From Nocardioidaceae bacterium (GTDB taxonomy: Bacteria; Actinomycetota; Actinomycetes; Propionibacteriales; Nocardioidaceae): a stretch of DNA of 64,000 nt. Numbering within the stretch: the first letter of the stretch is position 1; each line of letters opens with the position of its first letter. Made by a program: the position numbers and the translations under genes. Of this stretch, positions 19,813 to 30,207 are shown one piece after another. Location: positions 8,678 to 72,677 of the forward strand of contig JBDUDR010000001.1 in NCBI GenBank assembly GCA_040002845.1, in the 5' to 3' direction. Under the pieces are notes generated by a model that saw nothing but the letters and a program-made list of their open reading frames with translations, searched no databases and was not told the origin of the DNA.

Positions 19813-20805
19813 ATGATCGGTTACATACTCCGCCGCATCGTCAGCGCGATACTCGTTCTGTTCGTCACGTCGAGCCTGGTCTTCGCGCTGTTCCTGTTCG
19901 GACCTTCAGACCCGTCACAGGCGCTATGCAACGTGAACCGTTGCACCGACGCCAAGCGCGCGCAGATCCACCAGTCGCTCGGCCTCGACCAGCCGTTCCT
20001 GTCTCAGTACGGGGATTGGCTCAAGGGCCTCTTCGTTGGTCGTGAAATATCATTCGGCCCCGGATTCCACATCGACTGCAACGCTCCCTGTCTTGGTGTG
20101 TCGTACATCACCAAGGAGGAGGTGACCCCCTACCTGATGAGTCGGTTCCCCGCCACGCTGTCGATCGCCCTGGCCGGCTTCATGTATCTCGCGCTGGGCG
20201 TCGCCATCGGAGCGTTCGCGGCCCGAAGACGCGGCACCACGGTGGACAGATCGCTGGTGGCCAGCACCCTGGTGCTCAGCTCGATTCCTTTTTACATATT
20301 CGCCTTGATGTCCTACCTCTATATCGTGCTGAAGTGGGGCATCTTACCCGACACTACCTATGTCCCGCTGACGGAAAACCCGCTGACCTGGGCGGGGCAC
20401 ATGATGTTGCCGTGGGCGGTGTTGGCGGCCTGGAACTGCGTCACCTACGCACGGTTCGGGCGCGGCTCGATGATCGACTCTCTGGGGGAAGACTACGTCA
20501 GGACGGCTCGGGCCAAGGGCCTGGGCGAGGCGTCGATCGTGGTCAAGCACGCCCTGCGCTCCGCCATCGTGCCCGTCATCACCATCTTCGGGATCGACAT
20601 CGCGACATTGCTGGCTGGCACCATCTTTGCGGAGAAGATCTTCAACATCCAGGGGATCGGACTGACCGCCCTCGCGGCGCTGACGACCGGGGACCTGCCC
20701 GTGATCTCGGCCACCGTGATTATAGCCGCGGGCTTCATCGTCGTGGCAAACTTGGTGGTTGACCTGCTCTACAGCGTTCTCGACCCGCGAGTGAGGCTCG
20801 TGTGA
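19813..20805 (+). CDS. ABC transporter permease (OppB/DppB-like)
   Basis: ORF 19759..20805. ATG 19813 gives the canonical MIGYILRRIVSAILVLF N-terminus. Confidence 0.85.
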   Translation: MIGYILRRIVSAILVLFVTSSLVFALFLFGPSDPSQALCNVNRCTDAKRAQIHQSLGLDQPFLSQYGDWLKGLFVGREISFGPGFHIDCNAPCLGVSYITKEEVTPYLMSRFPATLSIALAGFMYLALGVAIGAFAARRRGTTVDRSLVASTLVLSSIPFYIFALMSYLYIVLKWGILPDTTYVPLTENPLTWAGHMMLPWAVLAAWNCVTYARFGRGSMIDSLGEDYVRTARAKGLGEASIVVKHALRSAIVPVITIFGIDIATLLAGTIFAEKIFNIQGIGLTALAALTTGDLPVISATVIIAAGFIVVANLVVDLLYSVLDPRVRLV

Positions 20806-21887
20806 CAGTGACGGAATCAGCTACCTCACCCTCTTCCTCAGCCGGCGACGAACCGTTCCTCGTCGTCGAAGACCTCAGCGTCAGGTTCCCCACCGCCGAC
20901 GGGCTGGTTCAGGCGGTGACCGATCTCAGCTATGAAGTCGAGCTGGGCAAGACATTGGGGATCGTGGGGGAGTCGGGCTCTGGCAAGTCCGTCTCCTCGA
21001 TGTCTGTGATGGGTCTGCACGACAACAAGCGGGCCCAAAGTAGCGGATCCATCCGGGTCGACGGTGACGAGATCATCGGCATTAGCGAGAGCCGGATGCG
21101 CAAGATTCGTGGCAACAGGGTCGCGATGATCTTCCAAGATCCGCTCTCTGCACTCCACCCGTTCTACAGGGTAGGCAGGCAGATCGCCGAGGCATACCTC
21201 ACACATCACTCGGATGCGACCAGGCGGGAGGCCCGAGCCAAGGCCATCGACATGCTCGACCGGGTGGGCATCCCACAACCCGATCATCGTGTGGACGACT
21301 TCCCGCACCAGTTCTCCGGTGGAATGCGCCAGCGCGCGATGATCGCGATGGCGTTGGTGAACGACCCGCGCCTGCTGATCGCGGATGAGCCGACGACCGC
21401 CCTTGATGTCACCGTTCAAGCACAGATCCTTGATCTGCTGCAGGATCTGCAGCGGGACTTCGGCTCAGCCATCGTCTTCATCACCCACGACCTCGGCGTC
21501 ATCGCCGAGGTCGCCGACGAAATACTCGTGATGTACGCCGGACGCGGAGTCGAACGCGGTTCCTGCAAGGAGATCCTCACCCACCCGGAGATGCCCTACA
21601 CGTGGGGGCTGATGAGCAGCATCCCCGACGTCACGGGCGACACGTCAGCGCGTCTCCACCCGATCCCGGGCACACCGCCGAGCATGCTGGCCCCGCCCAC
21701 GGGATGCTCGTTCCACCCTCGATGCACGTTCACCGACCACGTACCCGGCGACCTGTGTGTCACGCAGATACCCGACCTGCGGCCGGGGGGCCGGGGGCTG
21801 GGGCATCTGAAGCGCTGCCACATCGAGGACGTCGATGCGGTGTACGAATCCGAAGTCAAGTCGGACCTTGCGTGGGAGGAATCATGA
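20802..21887 (+). CDS. ABC transporter ATP-binding protein (OppD/DppD-like)
   Basis: Walker A GESGSGKS, signature FSGGMRQR, and a C-terminal Cys-containing oligopeptide-transporter extension. Confidence 0.9.
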   Translation: MTVTESATSPSSSAGDEPFLVVEDLSVRFPTADGLVQAVTDLSYEVELGKTLGIVGESGSGKSVSSMSVMGLHDNKRAQSSGSIRVDGDEIIGISESRMRKIRGNRVAMIFQDPLSALHPFYRVGRQIAEAYLTHHSDATRREARAKAIDMLDRVGIPQPDHRVDDFPHQFSGGMRQRAMIAMALVNDPRLLIADEPTTALDVTVQAQILDLLQDLQRDFGSAIVFITHDLGVIAEVADEILVMYAGRGVERGSCKEILTHPEMPYTWGLMSSIPDVTGDTSARLHPIPGTPPSMLAPPTGCSFHPRCTFTDHVPGDLCVTQIPDLRPGGRGLGHLKRCHIEDVDAVYESEVKSDLAWEES

Positions 21888-22933
21888 CGAGTGCCACGCA
21901 AAGCCCCCCGCTCCTTCGGGTCGAGAACCTCGTCAAGTACTTTCCGGTCAAATCGAGCGGCATCGTCAGGCGCGTCGTCGGTCAGGTCCAGGCCGTCGAC
22001 GGGATCTCCTTCACGGTTGACACTGGCCGGTCCATCGGGATAGTCGGCGAGTCCGGCTGCGGAAAGACCACCACGGGCCGGTTGATCACCAGGCTCGAGG
22101 AGCCGACGTCCGGCTCGATGATGTTCGAGGACACCGACATCGCCAAGCTGGGCAGCGGTCAGCTGAAGGGATACCGCCGAGAGATCCAGATGATCTTCCA
22201 GGATCCCTACTCGTCACTCAACCCCCGGCACACCGTCGGCACGATCGTCGGCACCCCGCTGCGCGTGCACAAGGTGGTTCCCGAGAAGCAGGTGTTATCA
22301 CGGGTTCAGGAGCTGCTCGAGGTCGTCGGCCTCAACCCTGAGCACTACAACCGCTATCCCAGCGAGTTCTCCGGAGGACAGCGCCAGCGGATCGGGGTTG
22401 CCCGGGCGCTCTCGCTGCAGCCGAAGCTCATCGTCGCCGACGAGCCCGTGTCGGCCCTGGATGTGTCCATCCAGGCCCAGGTGGTCAACCTCCTGCAGGA
22501 TCTGCAGAAGGAGTTCGGCATCGCCTTCGTTTTCATCGCCCACGACCTCGCGATCGTTCGGCACTTCTGCCCAGAGATCGCGGTGATGTATCTCGGCAAG
22601 ATCGTCGAGAAGGGTGACCGCGACACGATCTACCTGCGGCCGCACCATCCATACACGCAGGCCCTGCTCTCCGCGGTGCCCGACGTAAAGCAGGCGGCGA
22701 TCGGTGGTCGCCGGGACCGCATCATGCTTGAGGGCGATGTCCCGAGCCCCATCAACCCACCGTCGGGCTGCCGATTCCGCACCCGTTGCTGGAAGGCCCA
22801 GGACATCTGCACAGACGTGGAACCGCCGCTGATCGACTTCGGCCACGGTCACACGGTGGCCTGCCACTTCGCGGCTCCGCCCGGTGAGGAGCGCACGACT
22901 CCAATAACCTCGGCGGCACCAGTGAACGCCTGA
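21884..22933 (+). CDS. ABC transporter ATP-binding protein (OppF/DppF-like)
   Basis: ORF 21602..22933 is 5'-extended. ATG 21884 overlaps the upstream TGA. Walker A GESGCGKTT and signature FSGGQRQR are present. Confidence 0.9.
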   Translation: MTSATQSPPLLRVENLVKYFPVKSSGIVRRVVGQVQAVDGISFTVDTGRSIGIVGESGCGKTTTGRLITRLEEPTSGSMMFEDTDIAKLGSGQLKGYRREIQMIFQDPYSSLNPRHTVGTIVGTPLRVHKVVPEKQVLSRVQELLEVVGLNPEHYNRYPSEFSGGQRQRIGVARALSLQPKLIVADEPVSALDVSIQAQVVNLLQDLQKEFGIAFVFIAHDLAIVRHFCPEIAVMYLGKIVEKGDRDTIYLRPHHPYTQALLSAVPDVKQAAIGGRRDRIMLEGDVPSPINPPSGCRFRTRCWKAQDICTDVEPPLIDFGHGHTVACHFAAPPGEERTTPITSAAPVNA

Positions 22934-22942
22934 CCTGCGAGT

Positions 22943-24304
22943 GTGGAACCCGAAGGTCTCTTCGACATCCCGTCAGCACAGCCCAAGACCCCGGCTGGCA
23001 GCCTGACCGGGGTCGCTCATCCAGACACCCCGCTCGCCGTACGCATGCGTCCGCGCATCCTCGACGAGCTCGTCGGCCAAGACCAGCTGCTGGCAGCAGG
23101 ATCTCCGCTGCGCCAGCTCATCGAGGAAGACAAGTCCTCGTCGCTGTTGCTGTGGGGTCCGCCAGGCACGGGCAAGACCACCATCGCTGCCATCGTGTCC
23201 GGTCAGACGGGTCGACGGTTCGTCGAGGTTTCCGCGGTGGTCGCCGGCGTGAAGGACGTGCGTGCCGTCATCGACGCGGCACGTCGTGATCTGGCGACGG
23301 GCGGACGCGGGACAGTGCTGTTCGTCGACGAGGTGCACCGTTTCACCAAGGCGCAACAGGACGCGTTGCTGCCTGGCGTCGAGAACCGCTGGGTCACGCT
23401 GGTGGCCGCCACCACAGAGAACCCGTACTTCTCGGTGATCTCACCGCTGTTGTCGAGATCGCTGGTGCTGACGTTGGAGCCGTTGAGCGATGACGCGATC
23501 CGCGAGGTGCTGCGCCGCGCGTTGGCGAGCGACCAAGGTCTCGCTGGACACTATGAGCTGGCCGCGGACGCCGCGGACCACATCGTGCGGCTGGCCGGCG
23601 GTGACGCTCGACGAGCGCTCACCTATCTCGAGGGGGCCGTGCGGGCCGCGGAGACGCAGCAGTCGCGAGAGCTCGACCTGGTCGCCGTCGAGACGGCCGC
23701 AAACCGCGCGGCTGTTCTGTACGACCGGCAGGGGGACCAGCACTATGACGTCGCCAGCGCCCTGATCAAGTCGGTTCGCGGGTCGGACGTGGACGCCGCG
23801 CTGCACTACCTGGCCCGCATGGTCGCGGCGGGGGAGGATCCCCGGTTCATCGCCCGCCGGCTGGTGATCTCGGCCAGCGAGGACATCGGGCTGGCCGATC
23901 CGACGGCGCTGCCAACCGCGGTGGCGGCGGCCCAGGCGGTGCAGCTGGTCGGCCTGCCGGAGGCGGCTCTCAACTTGGCACAGGCTGTCATCGCGCTCGC
24001 GCTCGCGCCGAAGTCGAACGCGGTCACCACGGCTCTGGGCGCAGCCACCGCCGACATCGATGCCGGCCGCATCGGACCCGTCCCGGCGCATCTGCGGGGC
24101 TCGGGTTACCGCGGAGCACAGAAGCTCGGACACGGCGTTGGCTATCGCTACGCCCACGACTATCCGCGTGGCGTGGTGGCGCAGCAGTACGCCCCGGACT
24201 CGGTCACGGGGTCCGACTACTACCAGCCGACTCGACACGGAGCGGAGGCCGACTTCGCCGACCGGCTGGCTATGTTGCGCTCAATCCTGCGTGGGGAGGA
24301 GTGA
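22943..24304 (+). CDS. rarA: replication-associated recombination protein A (MgsA/RarA AAA+ ATPase)
   Basis: Walker [18 protein letters not shown], and a C-terminal MgsA domain ([16 protein letters not shown]). Confidence 0.9.
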   Translation: MEPEGLFDIPSAQPKTPAGSLTGVAHPDTPLAVRMRPRILDELVGQDQLLAAGSPLRQLIEEDKSSSLLLWGPPGTGKTTIAAIVSGQTGRRFVEVSAVVAGVKDVRAVIDAARRDLATGGRGTVLFVDEVHRFTKAQQDALLPGVENRWVTLVAATTENPYFSVISPLLSRSLVLTLEPLSDDAIREVLRRALASDQGLAGHYELAADAADHIVRLAGGDARRALTYLEGAVRAAETQQSRELDLVAVETAANRAAVLYDRQGDQHYDVASALIKSVRGSDVDAALHYLARMVAAGEDPRFIARRLVISASEDIGLADPTALPTAVAAAQAVQLVGLPEAALNLAQAVIALALAPKSNAVTTALGAATADIDAGRIGPVPAHLRGSGYRGAQKLGHGVGYRYAHDYPRGVVAQQYAPDSVTGSDYYQPTRHGAEADFADRLAMLRSILRGEE

Positions 24305-24364
24305 TAGTCGACGGTCTCTGATAGCTGTGCAACCGCGGGCGGCACCGCGATAGGGTCGACCGCC

Positions 24365-24826
24365 ATGGACTCGACCTCGACCGCCGGGCTCGTGGTGGCG
24401 GCTGTGGTCGTCGTCGTTGCGTTCGTTGTCACCGTGGTGCTGGCCCAGGCGTTGGCTCGGGCGCGCAAGGAGTCTGCGCGTCTGCGTGGCGAACTGGCGG
24501 CCCTGACAGAGTGCATCGAGCGGCTTGCCGAGACCGACCGGATCCGCCGCGAGGCACCGCTCGTCCAACCAGGCGCGGTTGTTGCGCTGCCCGACGAGTA
24601 CGTCATCACCGACGCGGGCAACGGTCGCAGGGTCGGCGACATCCCGTTGTCTCGACGCACCATGGCGCTGACGATGGGGGAGCCGCTGGTGAAGGTCGCC
24701 GCGTTCTCATCCGGGGTCGGTCGGGCACTTCGTGAGGAGACGCGTGCGCACATCGCGTACCAGGTGCGCCGGGAGATGAAACAGCGGCGGCGCCAGCGCC
24801 GCCATGTCAGGAGGCGGGACCAGTGA
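24365..24826 (+). CDS. hypothetical membrane-anchored coiled-coil protein
   Basis: ATG 24365. N-terminal TM helix, predicted helical region and a basic C-terminus. Function unknown. Confidence 0.55.
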   Translation: MDSTSTAGLVVAAVVVVVAFVVTVVLAQALARARKESARLRGELAALTECIERLAETDRIRREAPLVQPGAVVALPDEYVITDAGNGRRVGDIPLSRRTMALTMGEPLVKVAAFSSGVGRALREETRAHIAYQVRREMKQRRRQRRHVRRRDQ

Positions 24827-25104
24827 GTCGGGCGTTCTGGTTTGCCGCCGGCGCCGGGGCCGGCGTGTATGCGGTCATCAAGGCCAGGCGAGCGGCCGAC
24901 CGGCTGCGGCCCGCGGGCCTCGGAGACCAGCTCGCCGCCGCACAGATCGCCGGTCGGTTGTTCCTGCACGAAGTGCGAGAAGGGATGGCGGAGAAGGAAA
25001 CGGAATTGCGGTCACGCCTTGGTCTGACCGACCCTGGAGTCCCAGACCAGCCGAGCCTGACCGAGAGCACCGGCGAAAGAGGCGCCCCTGATGGACACCG
25101 CTGA
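24823..25104 (+). CDS. hypothetical small protein
   Basis: GTG 24823 overlaps the upstream stop (GTGA). Hydrophobic N-terminus FWFAAGAGAGVYAV. The 3' end overlaps the alaS start by 14 nt. Confidence 0.5.
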   Translation: MSRAFWFAAGAGAGVYAVIKARRAADRLRPAGLGDQLAAAQIAGRLFLHEVREGMAEKETELRSRLGLTDPGVPDQPSLTESTGERGAPDGHR

Positions 25105-27769
25105 GATCAGGCGGAGGTTCCTGACACATTTCCAGCAGCGCGACCACACCCCGGTGCCGTCGGCCTCGTTGCTGGTCGACGACCCGACCCTGCTGTTCGT
25201 GGGCGCCGGAATGGTGCCCTTCAAGCCCTACTTTCTCGGGCAGGAGGCGGCGCCGTACCGGCGGGCCGTCAGCGTGCAGAAGTGCCTCCGTACCACCGAC
25301 ATCGAAGAGGTCGGGAGGACCACCAGGCACGGCACCTTCTTCCAGATGTGCGGCAACTTCTCGTTCGGTGACTATTACAAGGAGCGGGCCATCGAGCTCG
25401 CCTGGGACCTGGTCACCAGGTCGCAGAACGACGGTGGCTACGGGTTGGACGAAGCCGTCCTGCTCGCCAGCGTCTATCACGAGGACGACGAGGCGATCTC
25501 GTTGTGGCGGCGCATCGCCGGCCTCCCGGACGAGCGCATAGTCCGGCTCGGGATGAAGGACAACTTCTGGTCGATGGGAGTGCCGGGCCCTTGTGGCCCG
25601 TGTTCGGAGATCCTCATCGACCGTGGGCCTCAGTACGGCCCAGAGGGGGACATCGAGAAGGCAGGGGACCGCTACCTGGAGTTCTGGAACCTCGTGTTCA
25701 TGGAGAACATCAGGGGTGAAGGCGGCGTCAAGGAGGGGTACGAGATCGTCGGCGACCTCCCCGCCAAGAACATAGACACAGGGCTGGGGCTCGAACGCGT
25801 CGCCTACCTGCTCCAAGGCAAGGAGAACATCTACGAGATCGACGAGGTCTTCCCGGTGATCGAAACGGCGCAGCAGCTCGCGCGGCGGCCTTACGGGGCC
25901 GATCAGGAAGCCGACGTGCGCTTCCGCATCGTGTCCGACCACGTTCGGAGCGCGTTGATGCTGGTGGGCGATGGGGTGACCCCGGGGAACGAGGGCCGCG
26001 GTTACGTCCTGCGTCGGCTGATCCGCCGAGCCGTGCGGTCGATGCGGCTGCTCGGTGTCGATGACCCGACCATGCCCGAGCTGTTGCCGGTGTCGATGAA
26101 CAAGATGAAGCTCTCCTATCCGGAGGTGGAGCGCGACTGGGCGCGCATCTCAGCTGTCGTCTATGCAGAGGAGGACGCGTTCCGTCAGACACTGCGCAGC
26201 GGTACGCAGATCTTCGACCAGGCGGCGGCCGAGACAAAACAGTCCGGTCGCACCGAGCTGGCCGGTGACAAGGCTTTCCAGCTGCATGACACGTTCGGGT
26301 TCCCCGTCGACCTGACCCTGGAGATGGCGGGTGAGGCGGGCCTCACGGTGGACGAGGCGGGGTTTCGCCGGCTCATGCAACAGCAGCGGGACCGAGCGAA
26401 GGCCGATGCGAAGGCCAAGAAGGGAGCGCACGCCGACACCAGCGCTTACCGCGAGATCGCCGCCGGCCTTGGGCAACCGGTCGAGTTCACTGGTTACGAG
26501 GAGGTGGACGGCGAAGCGACAGTACGCGGCCTGATCACGCCATCGGGTGTTGTCGCATCGGCCGGGCCCGGTGAGGAGATCGAGCTGGTGCTCGACCGGA
26601 CGCCGTTCTATGCGGAGGCCGGTGGCCAGCTCGCCGACCAGGGCGTGATCGAACTGGCCGACGGCGGTCGGGTGGAGGTGCTGGATGTGCAGTCACCGGT
26701 CAGCGGGCTGATCGTGCACCATGCGCGTGTGGTCGCCGGCGACGTCTCTGTCGGTGTCGGCGCACACTCGCTGGTCGACTTGGAGCGTCGACGCTCGATA
26801 TCGCGCGCCCACACGGCGACTCATATGGTTCACAAGGCGTTCCGGGAGGCGTTGGGGGAAACCGCGACGCAGGCCGGTTCCGAGAACGCACCCGGACGGT
26901 TCAGGTTCGACTTCAGCGCCGCTGGAGCCGTGCCGGCCAGCGCGATGGCCGATGTCGAGGCCAGAGTGAACGATCTCGTGCTCGAAGACCTGAGGGTCCA
27001 CGCGGACATCATGAGTCCCGAGCAAGCGGTCGCCGCGGGTGCGATGGCGCTGTTCGGAGAGAAGTACGGCTTGCAGGTGCGGGTGATCTCGGTAGGTGAC
27101 TGGGCTCGAGAGCTGTGTGGTGGCACCCACGCGGCTCGCTCGGGACAGCTCGGGGTCATCAAGCTGCTCGGCGAGTCCTCCATCGGCGCGGGCGTGCGTC
27201 GCGTCGAGGCGCTGGTGGGCGCCGACGCGTACCGGTTCCTGGCCAAGGAGCACGTGCTGGTCGCCCAGCTAAGCGAGCTGCTGAAGTCCCGGCCCGAGGA
27301 GCTCCCGGAGCGGGTCGGCGACCTGGTCGAACGGCTGCGGACAGCGGAGAAGCAGATCGAGTCGTTCCACGCGCAGCAGCTGTTGGCTGCCGGTGCGGAG
27401 ATCGCCGGCTCTGCCAAGGACGTCTTTGGAGTGGCACTCGTGGCGCACCGCGCCGACGGAGCCGGCCCGGGCGACGTGCGGAGGCTCGCACTCGACATCC
27501 GCTCGCGGCTGGCCGCCGACCGCCCGGGCGTGGTGGCCGTGGTCGGGTCGGCGAACGGCAAGCCGGCGGTCGTGGTCGCGGTCAACGACGCTGCCAGGTC
27601 GTGGGGACTGACCGCCAGCTCGCTGATCGGCGGGGCGGCGGCGGCGCTCGGCGGCGGTGGCGGTGGCAAGGACGACGTGGCGCAGGGTGGTGGCACCAAC
27701 CCCTCGGCCATCGACGACGCGCTCCGGCAGATCGAGCGCGCGGTCGGCCAGCAGGTCAGGAGGCCCTGA
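25091..27769 (+). CDS. alaS: alanine--tRNA ligase
   Basis: 892 aa. FFQMCGNFSFGDYYK, editing-domain HTATHMV and a C-terminal DHHA1-like region are present. Confidence 0.95.
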   Translation: MDTAEIRRRFLTHFQQRDHTPVPSASLLVDDPTLLFVGAGMVPFKPYFLGQEAAPYRRAVSVQKCLRTTDIEEVGRTTRHGTFFQMCGNFSFGDYYKERAIELAWDLVTRSQNDGGYGLDEAVLLASVYHEDDEAISLWRRIAGLPDERIVRLGMKDNFWSMGVPGPCGPCSEILIDRGPQYGPEGDIEKAGDRYLEFWNLVFMENIRGEGGVKEGYEIVGDLPAKNIDTGLGLERVAYLLQGKENIYEIDEVFPVIETAQQLARRPYGADQEADVRFRIVSDHVRSALMLVGDGVTPGNEGRGYVLRRLIRRAVRSMRLLGVDDPTMPELLPVSMNKMKLSYPEVERDWARISAVVYAEEDAFRQTLRSGTQIFDQAAAETKQSGRTELAGDKAFQLHDTFGFPVDLTLEMAGEAGLTVDEAGFRRLMQQQRDRAKADAKAKKGAHADTSAYREIAAGLGQPVEFTGYEEVDGEATVRGLITPSGVVASAGPGEEIELVLDRTPFYAEAGGQLADQGVIELADGGRVEVLDVQSPVSGLIVHHARVVAGDVSVGVGAHSLVDLERRRSISRAHTATHMVHKAFREALGETATQAGSENAPGRFRFDFSAAGAVPASAMADVEARVNDLVLEDLRVHADIMSPEQAVAAGAMALFGEKYGLQVRVISVGDWARELCGGTHAARSGQLGVIKLLGESSIGAGVRRVEALVGADAYRFLAKEHVLVAQLSELLKSRPEELPERVGDLVERLRTAEKQIESFHAQQLLAAGAEIAGSAKDVFGVALVAHRADGAGPGDVRRLALDIRSRLAADRPGVVAVVGSANGKPAVVVAVNDAARSWGLTASSLIGGAAAALGGGGGGKDDVAQGGGTNPSAIDDALRQIERAVGQQVRRP

Positions 27770-27773
27770 ACCG

Positions 27774-28235
27774 ATGCGGACGGGAGTGCGCCTCGGGATC
27801 GATGTCGGAGACGTGCGAATCGGGGTTGCCGAGTCAGACCCGGCCGGCTCGATCGCGACACCAGTCGAAACCGTGGTCCGCGGTGAGGGCGACCTGGAAC
27901 GGCTGGTCGCGATCGTCGCCGACCGGCAGCCGGTGGAGGTGGTCGTCGGGCTCCCCCGCTCGCTGTCAGGTGCGGAGGGCACTGCGGCGCTCCGGGTTCG
28001 GGAGTACGCTGCCGCTCTGGCGGCTGCGATCGACCCGGTGCCGCTGCGACTGGTCGATGAGCGCTTGACCACCGTGACCGCCGAGCGCCAACTGCGTGAC
28101 CGGGGGAGGAAGGGAGCCCGTCGCCGAGCCGTTGTCGACCAGGCGGCCGCGGTGGTGATCTTGCAGTACGCCTTGGACACAGAACAGTCTGCGGGGGCCG
28201 TGCCAGGGGAGACCCTCGACCTAGGACACATGTGA
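27774..28235 (+). CDS. ruvX: Holliday junction resolvase-like putative pre-16S rRNA nuclease RuvX/YqgF
   Basis: ORF 27657..28235. ATG 27774 gives MRTGVRLGIDVGDVRIGVA. Confidence 0.85.
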   Translation: MRTGVRLGIDVGDVRIGVAESDPAGSIATPVETVVRGEGDLERLVAIVADRQPVEVVVGLPRSLSGAEGTAALRVREYAAALAAAIDPVPLRLVDERLTTVTAERQLRDRGRKGARRRAVVDQAAAVVILQYALDTEQSAGAVPGETLDLGHM

Positions 28236-29332
28236 GCGACCTCGGACTGAAGCTCGACACGCCAAAGCGTCATCGGTCCAAGCAGCACGGACAGGGGCGT
28301 GGCTGTCTGGCCGTGTCCCTGGCCCTGGTGATCTTGCTGGCTGCCGGCGGTTTCGTCGTACTCAAGGGCCGTGACTACATCGCAGGCCTGCTGTCCCCGC
28401 CGGCGGACTACACCGGCGCCGGACATGGCACTGTCACGGTGGTAGTGCATTCCGGTGACACCGCAACCGACATCGGCGAGACGCTGCTCAACACAGGAGT
28501 GGTCAAGAGCGTCGAGGCGTTCACCGACGCCGCTCGTGAGAACCCCGCGTCACGGTCGATCCAGGTCGGAGCATATCGGCTGAAGTTAGAACTTCCGGCC
28601 AAAGCGGCGCTCAGTATGTTGCTCGATTCGAACAACCGGCTGGCGATCTCGGTCACCATCCCCGAGGGCTACACGGTCGACCAGATCGTCGAGGCGATCT
28701 CCTCCGACACGAAGTTCTCCAGGGACCAGGTCAAAACGGCGCTCGGGCAGCTGCGGCTGCCCGACTACGCGGGCGGCAACCCGGAGGGGTTCCTGTTTCC
28801 GGCGAGCTATCCGATCGGGCCCGACACGACCGCCAGAAGCCTGCTGCAGTCGATGGTGACCAAGTTCGACCAGGTCAGCCGCGATGTCGGACTTACGCGG
28901 GGCGCTGCTGCCCTCGGCCGGACGCCGCGCCAGATCGTGACGATCGCGAGCCTGGTGCAGGGGGAGGCACGCTTGCCGAAGGACTTCGGCAAGGTGGCCA
29001 GGGTGGTCTATGACCGGCTCCACATCGGCATGAAGCTGCAGTTCGACTCGACGATCCACTATGCCGTGGGCAAGGACGGTGACGTCGCGACGACACCACA
29101 CGACCGCGCCGTCGACTCGCCGTACAACACCTACAAGTACCCCGGACTGCCGCCGGGTGCCATCAACTCTCCAGGGGCCGCCGCGCTCCGTGCGGCGCTG
29201 CACCCAACGCGTGGGCAGTGGCTCTATTTCGTGACCGTGAACACCGAGACCGGCAGGACTTTGTTCGCTGACACCTACGCTCAACATCTCCGGAACGTCG
29301 ACAAGTGGTGTTCAAACTCTGACGAATGCTGA
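28232..29332 (+). CDS. mltG: endolytic murein transglycosylase MltG (YceG-like)
   Basis: GTG overlaps the ruvX stop. N-terminal TM helix, TIPEGYTVDQI and SPYNTYKYPGLPPGAINSPG motifs. Confidence 0.9.
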   Translation: MSDLGLKLDTPKRHRSKQHGQGRGCLAVSLALVILLAAGGFVVLKGRDYIAGLLSPPADYTGAGHGTVTVVVHSGDTATDIGETLLNTGVVKSVEAFTDAARENPASRSIQVGAYRLKLELPAKAALSMLLDSNNRLAISVTIPEGYTVDQIVEAISSDTKFSRDQVKTALGQLRLPDYAGGNPEGFLFPASYPIGPDTTARSLLQSMVTKFDQVSRDVGLTRGAAALGRTPRQIVTIASLVQGEARLPKDFGKVARVVYDRLHIGMKLQFDSTIHYAVGKDGDVATTPHDRAVDSPYNTYKYPGLPPGAINSPGAAALRAALHPTRGQWLYFVTVNTETGRTLFADTYAQHLRNVDKWCSNSDEC

Positions 29333-30165
29333 TGCGCTGCGCCGTCTTGGGTAGCCCGATCGCCCACTCGCTGTCTCCGGTGCTGCACCGAGCGGCATAC
29401 GACGCCCTGGGCGTCACCGGATGGCGTTATGACGCCTACGACGTCGGCCAGGCCGGGCTGCGGCCGTTCATCGAGAGTCTCGACCACACCTGGCGCGGGC
29501 TCTCACTCACCATGCCCCTGAAGCGAGCGATCCTGCCGCTGCTCGATGATGTACGCGAAACGGCACGGATCGCCGGTGTGGCCAACACGGTCCTGATCGA
29601 CTCGGCCGGCCGGCGGACCGGCGAGAACACCGACACCCCGGGGATGGTGAACGCCCTGCGTGCGGCCGGCGTGGACCGGGTCGAGTCGGCGGTGGTCGCC
29701 GGTGCCGGAGCGACCGCGGCTTCTGTGGTCCTCGCACTGCACCGTCTCGGGGTTCACGAGATCCTCCTGTTGGCACGCGCGCCAGCGAAGGCCGCCGGAG
29801 TGCAGGAATTGGCGAGCCGGCTGGGCGTAAGACTGCGAGTGCTGGAGCTCACGGCCGGGCACGCGTCTGCGGACCTGCTGGTGTCAACCCTGCCGGCCGA
29901 TGCCAGTCCGGCTGGCCTCGCGGGCGTCGCACCTGTGGTGTTCGACGTCGTCTATCGACCCTGGCCGACGCCGCTTGTCGAGGCGGCCGCACAACGTGGG
30001 GCGTTGACGCTCGGTGGACTGGATCTCCTCGTTCACCAGGCCGCCCTGCAGGTGGAGGAGATGCTGGAGGTTCGGGTCGCCCCGCTGGAGCAGATGATGG
30101 TCGCCGGCCGGCTAGCCCTCGCCGATCAGGCAACCAGCCGGACGGCTGAAGCGTCTGGTGATTGA
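29326..30165 (+). CDS. aroE: shikimate dehydrogenase
   Basis: GSPIAHSLSPVLHRAAY motif. The start could be ATG 29326 or ATG 29332, and both overlap the mltG stop region. Confidence 0.85.
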   Translation: MLMRCAVLGSPIAHSLSPVLHRAAYDALGVTGWRYDAYDVGQAGLRPFIESLDHTWRGLSLTMPLKRAILPLLDDVRETARIAGVANTVLIDSAGRRTGENTDTPGMVNALRAAGVDRVESAVVAGAGATAASVVLALHRLGVHEILLLARAPAKAAGVQELASRLGVRLRVLELTAGHASADLLVSTLPADASPAGLAGVAPVVFDVVYRPWPTPLVEAAAQRGALTLGGLDLLVHQAALQVEEMLEVRVAPLEQMMVAGRLALADQATSRTAEASGD

Positions 30166-30207
30166 CTCGAGCGCACGGGAGTCCGCTCAGACCGCGGGGA
30201 GGTCATC

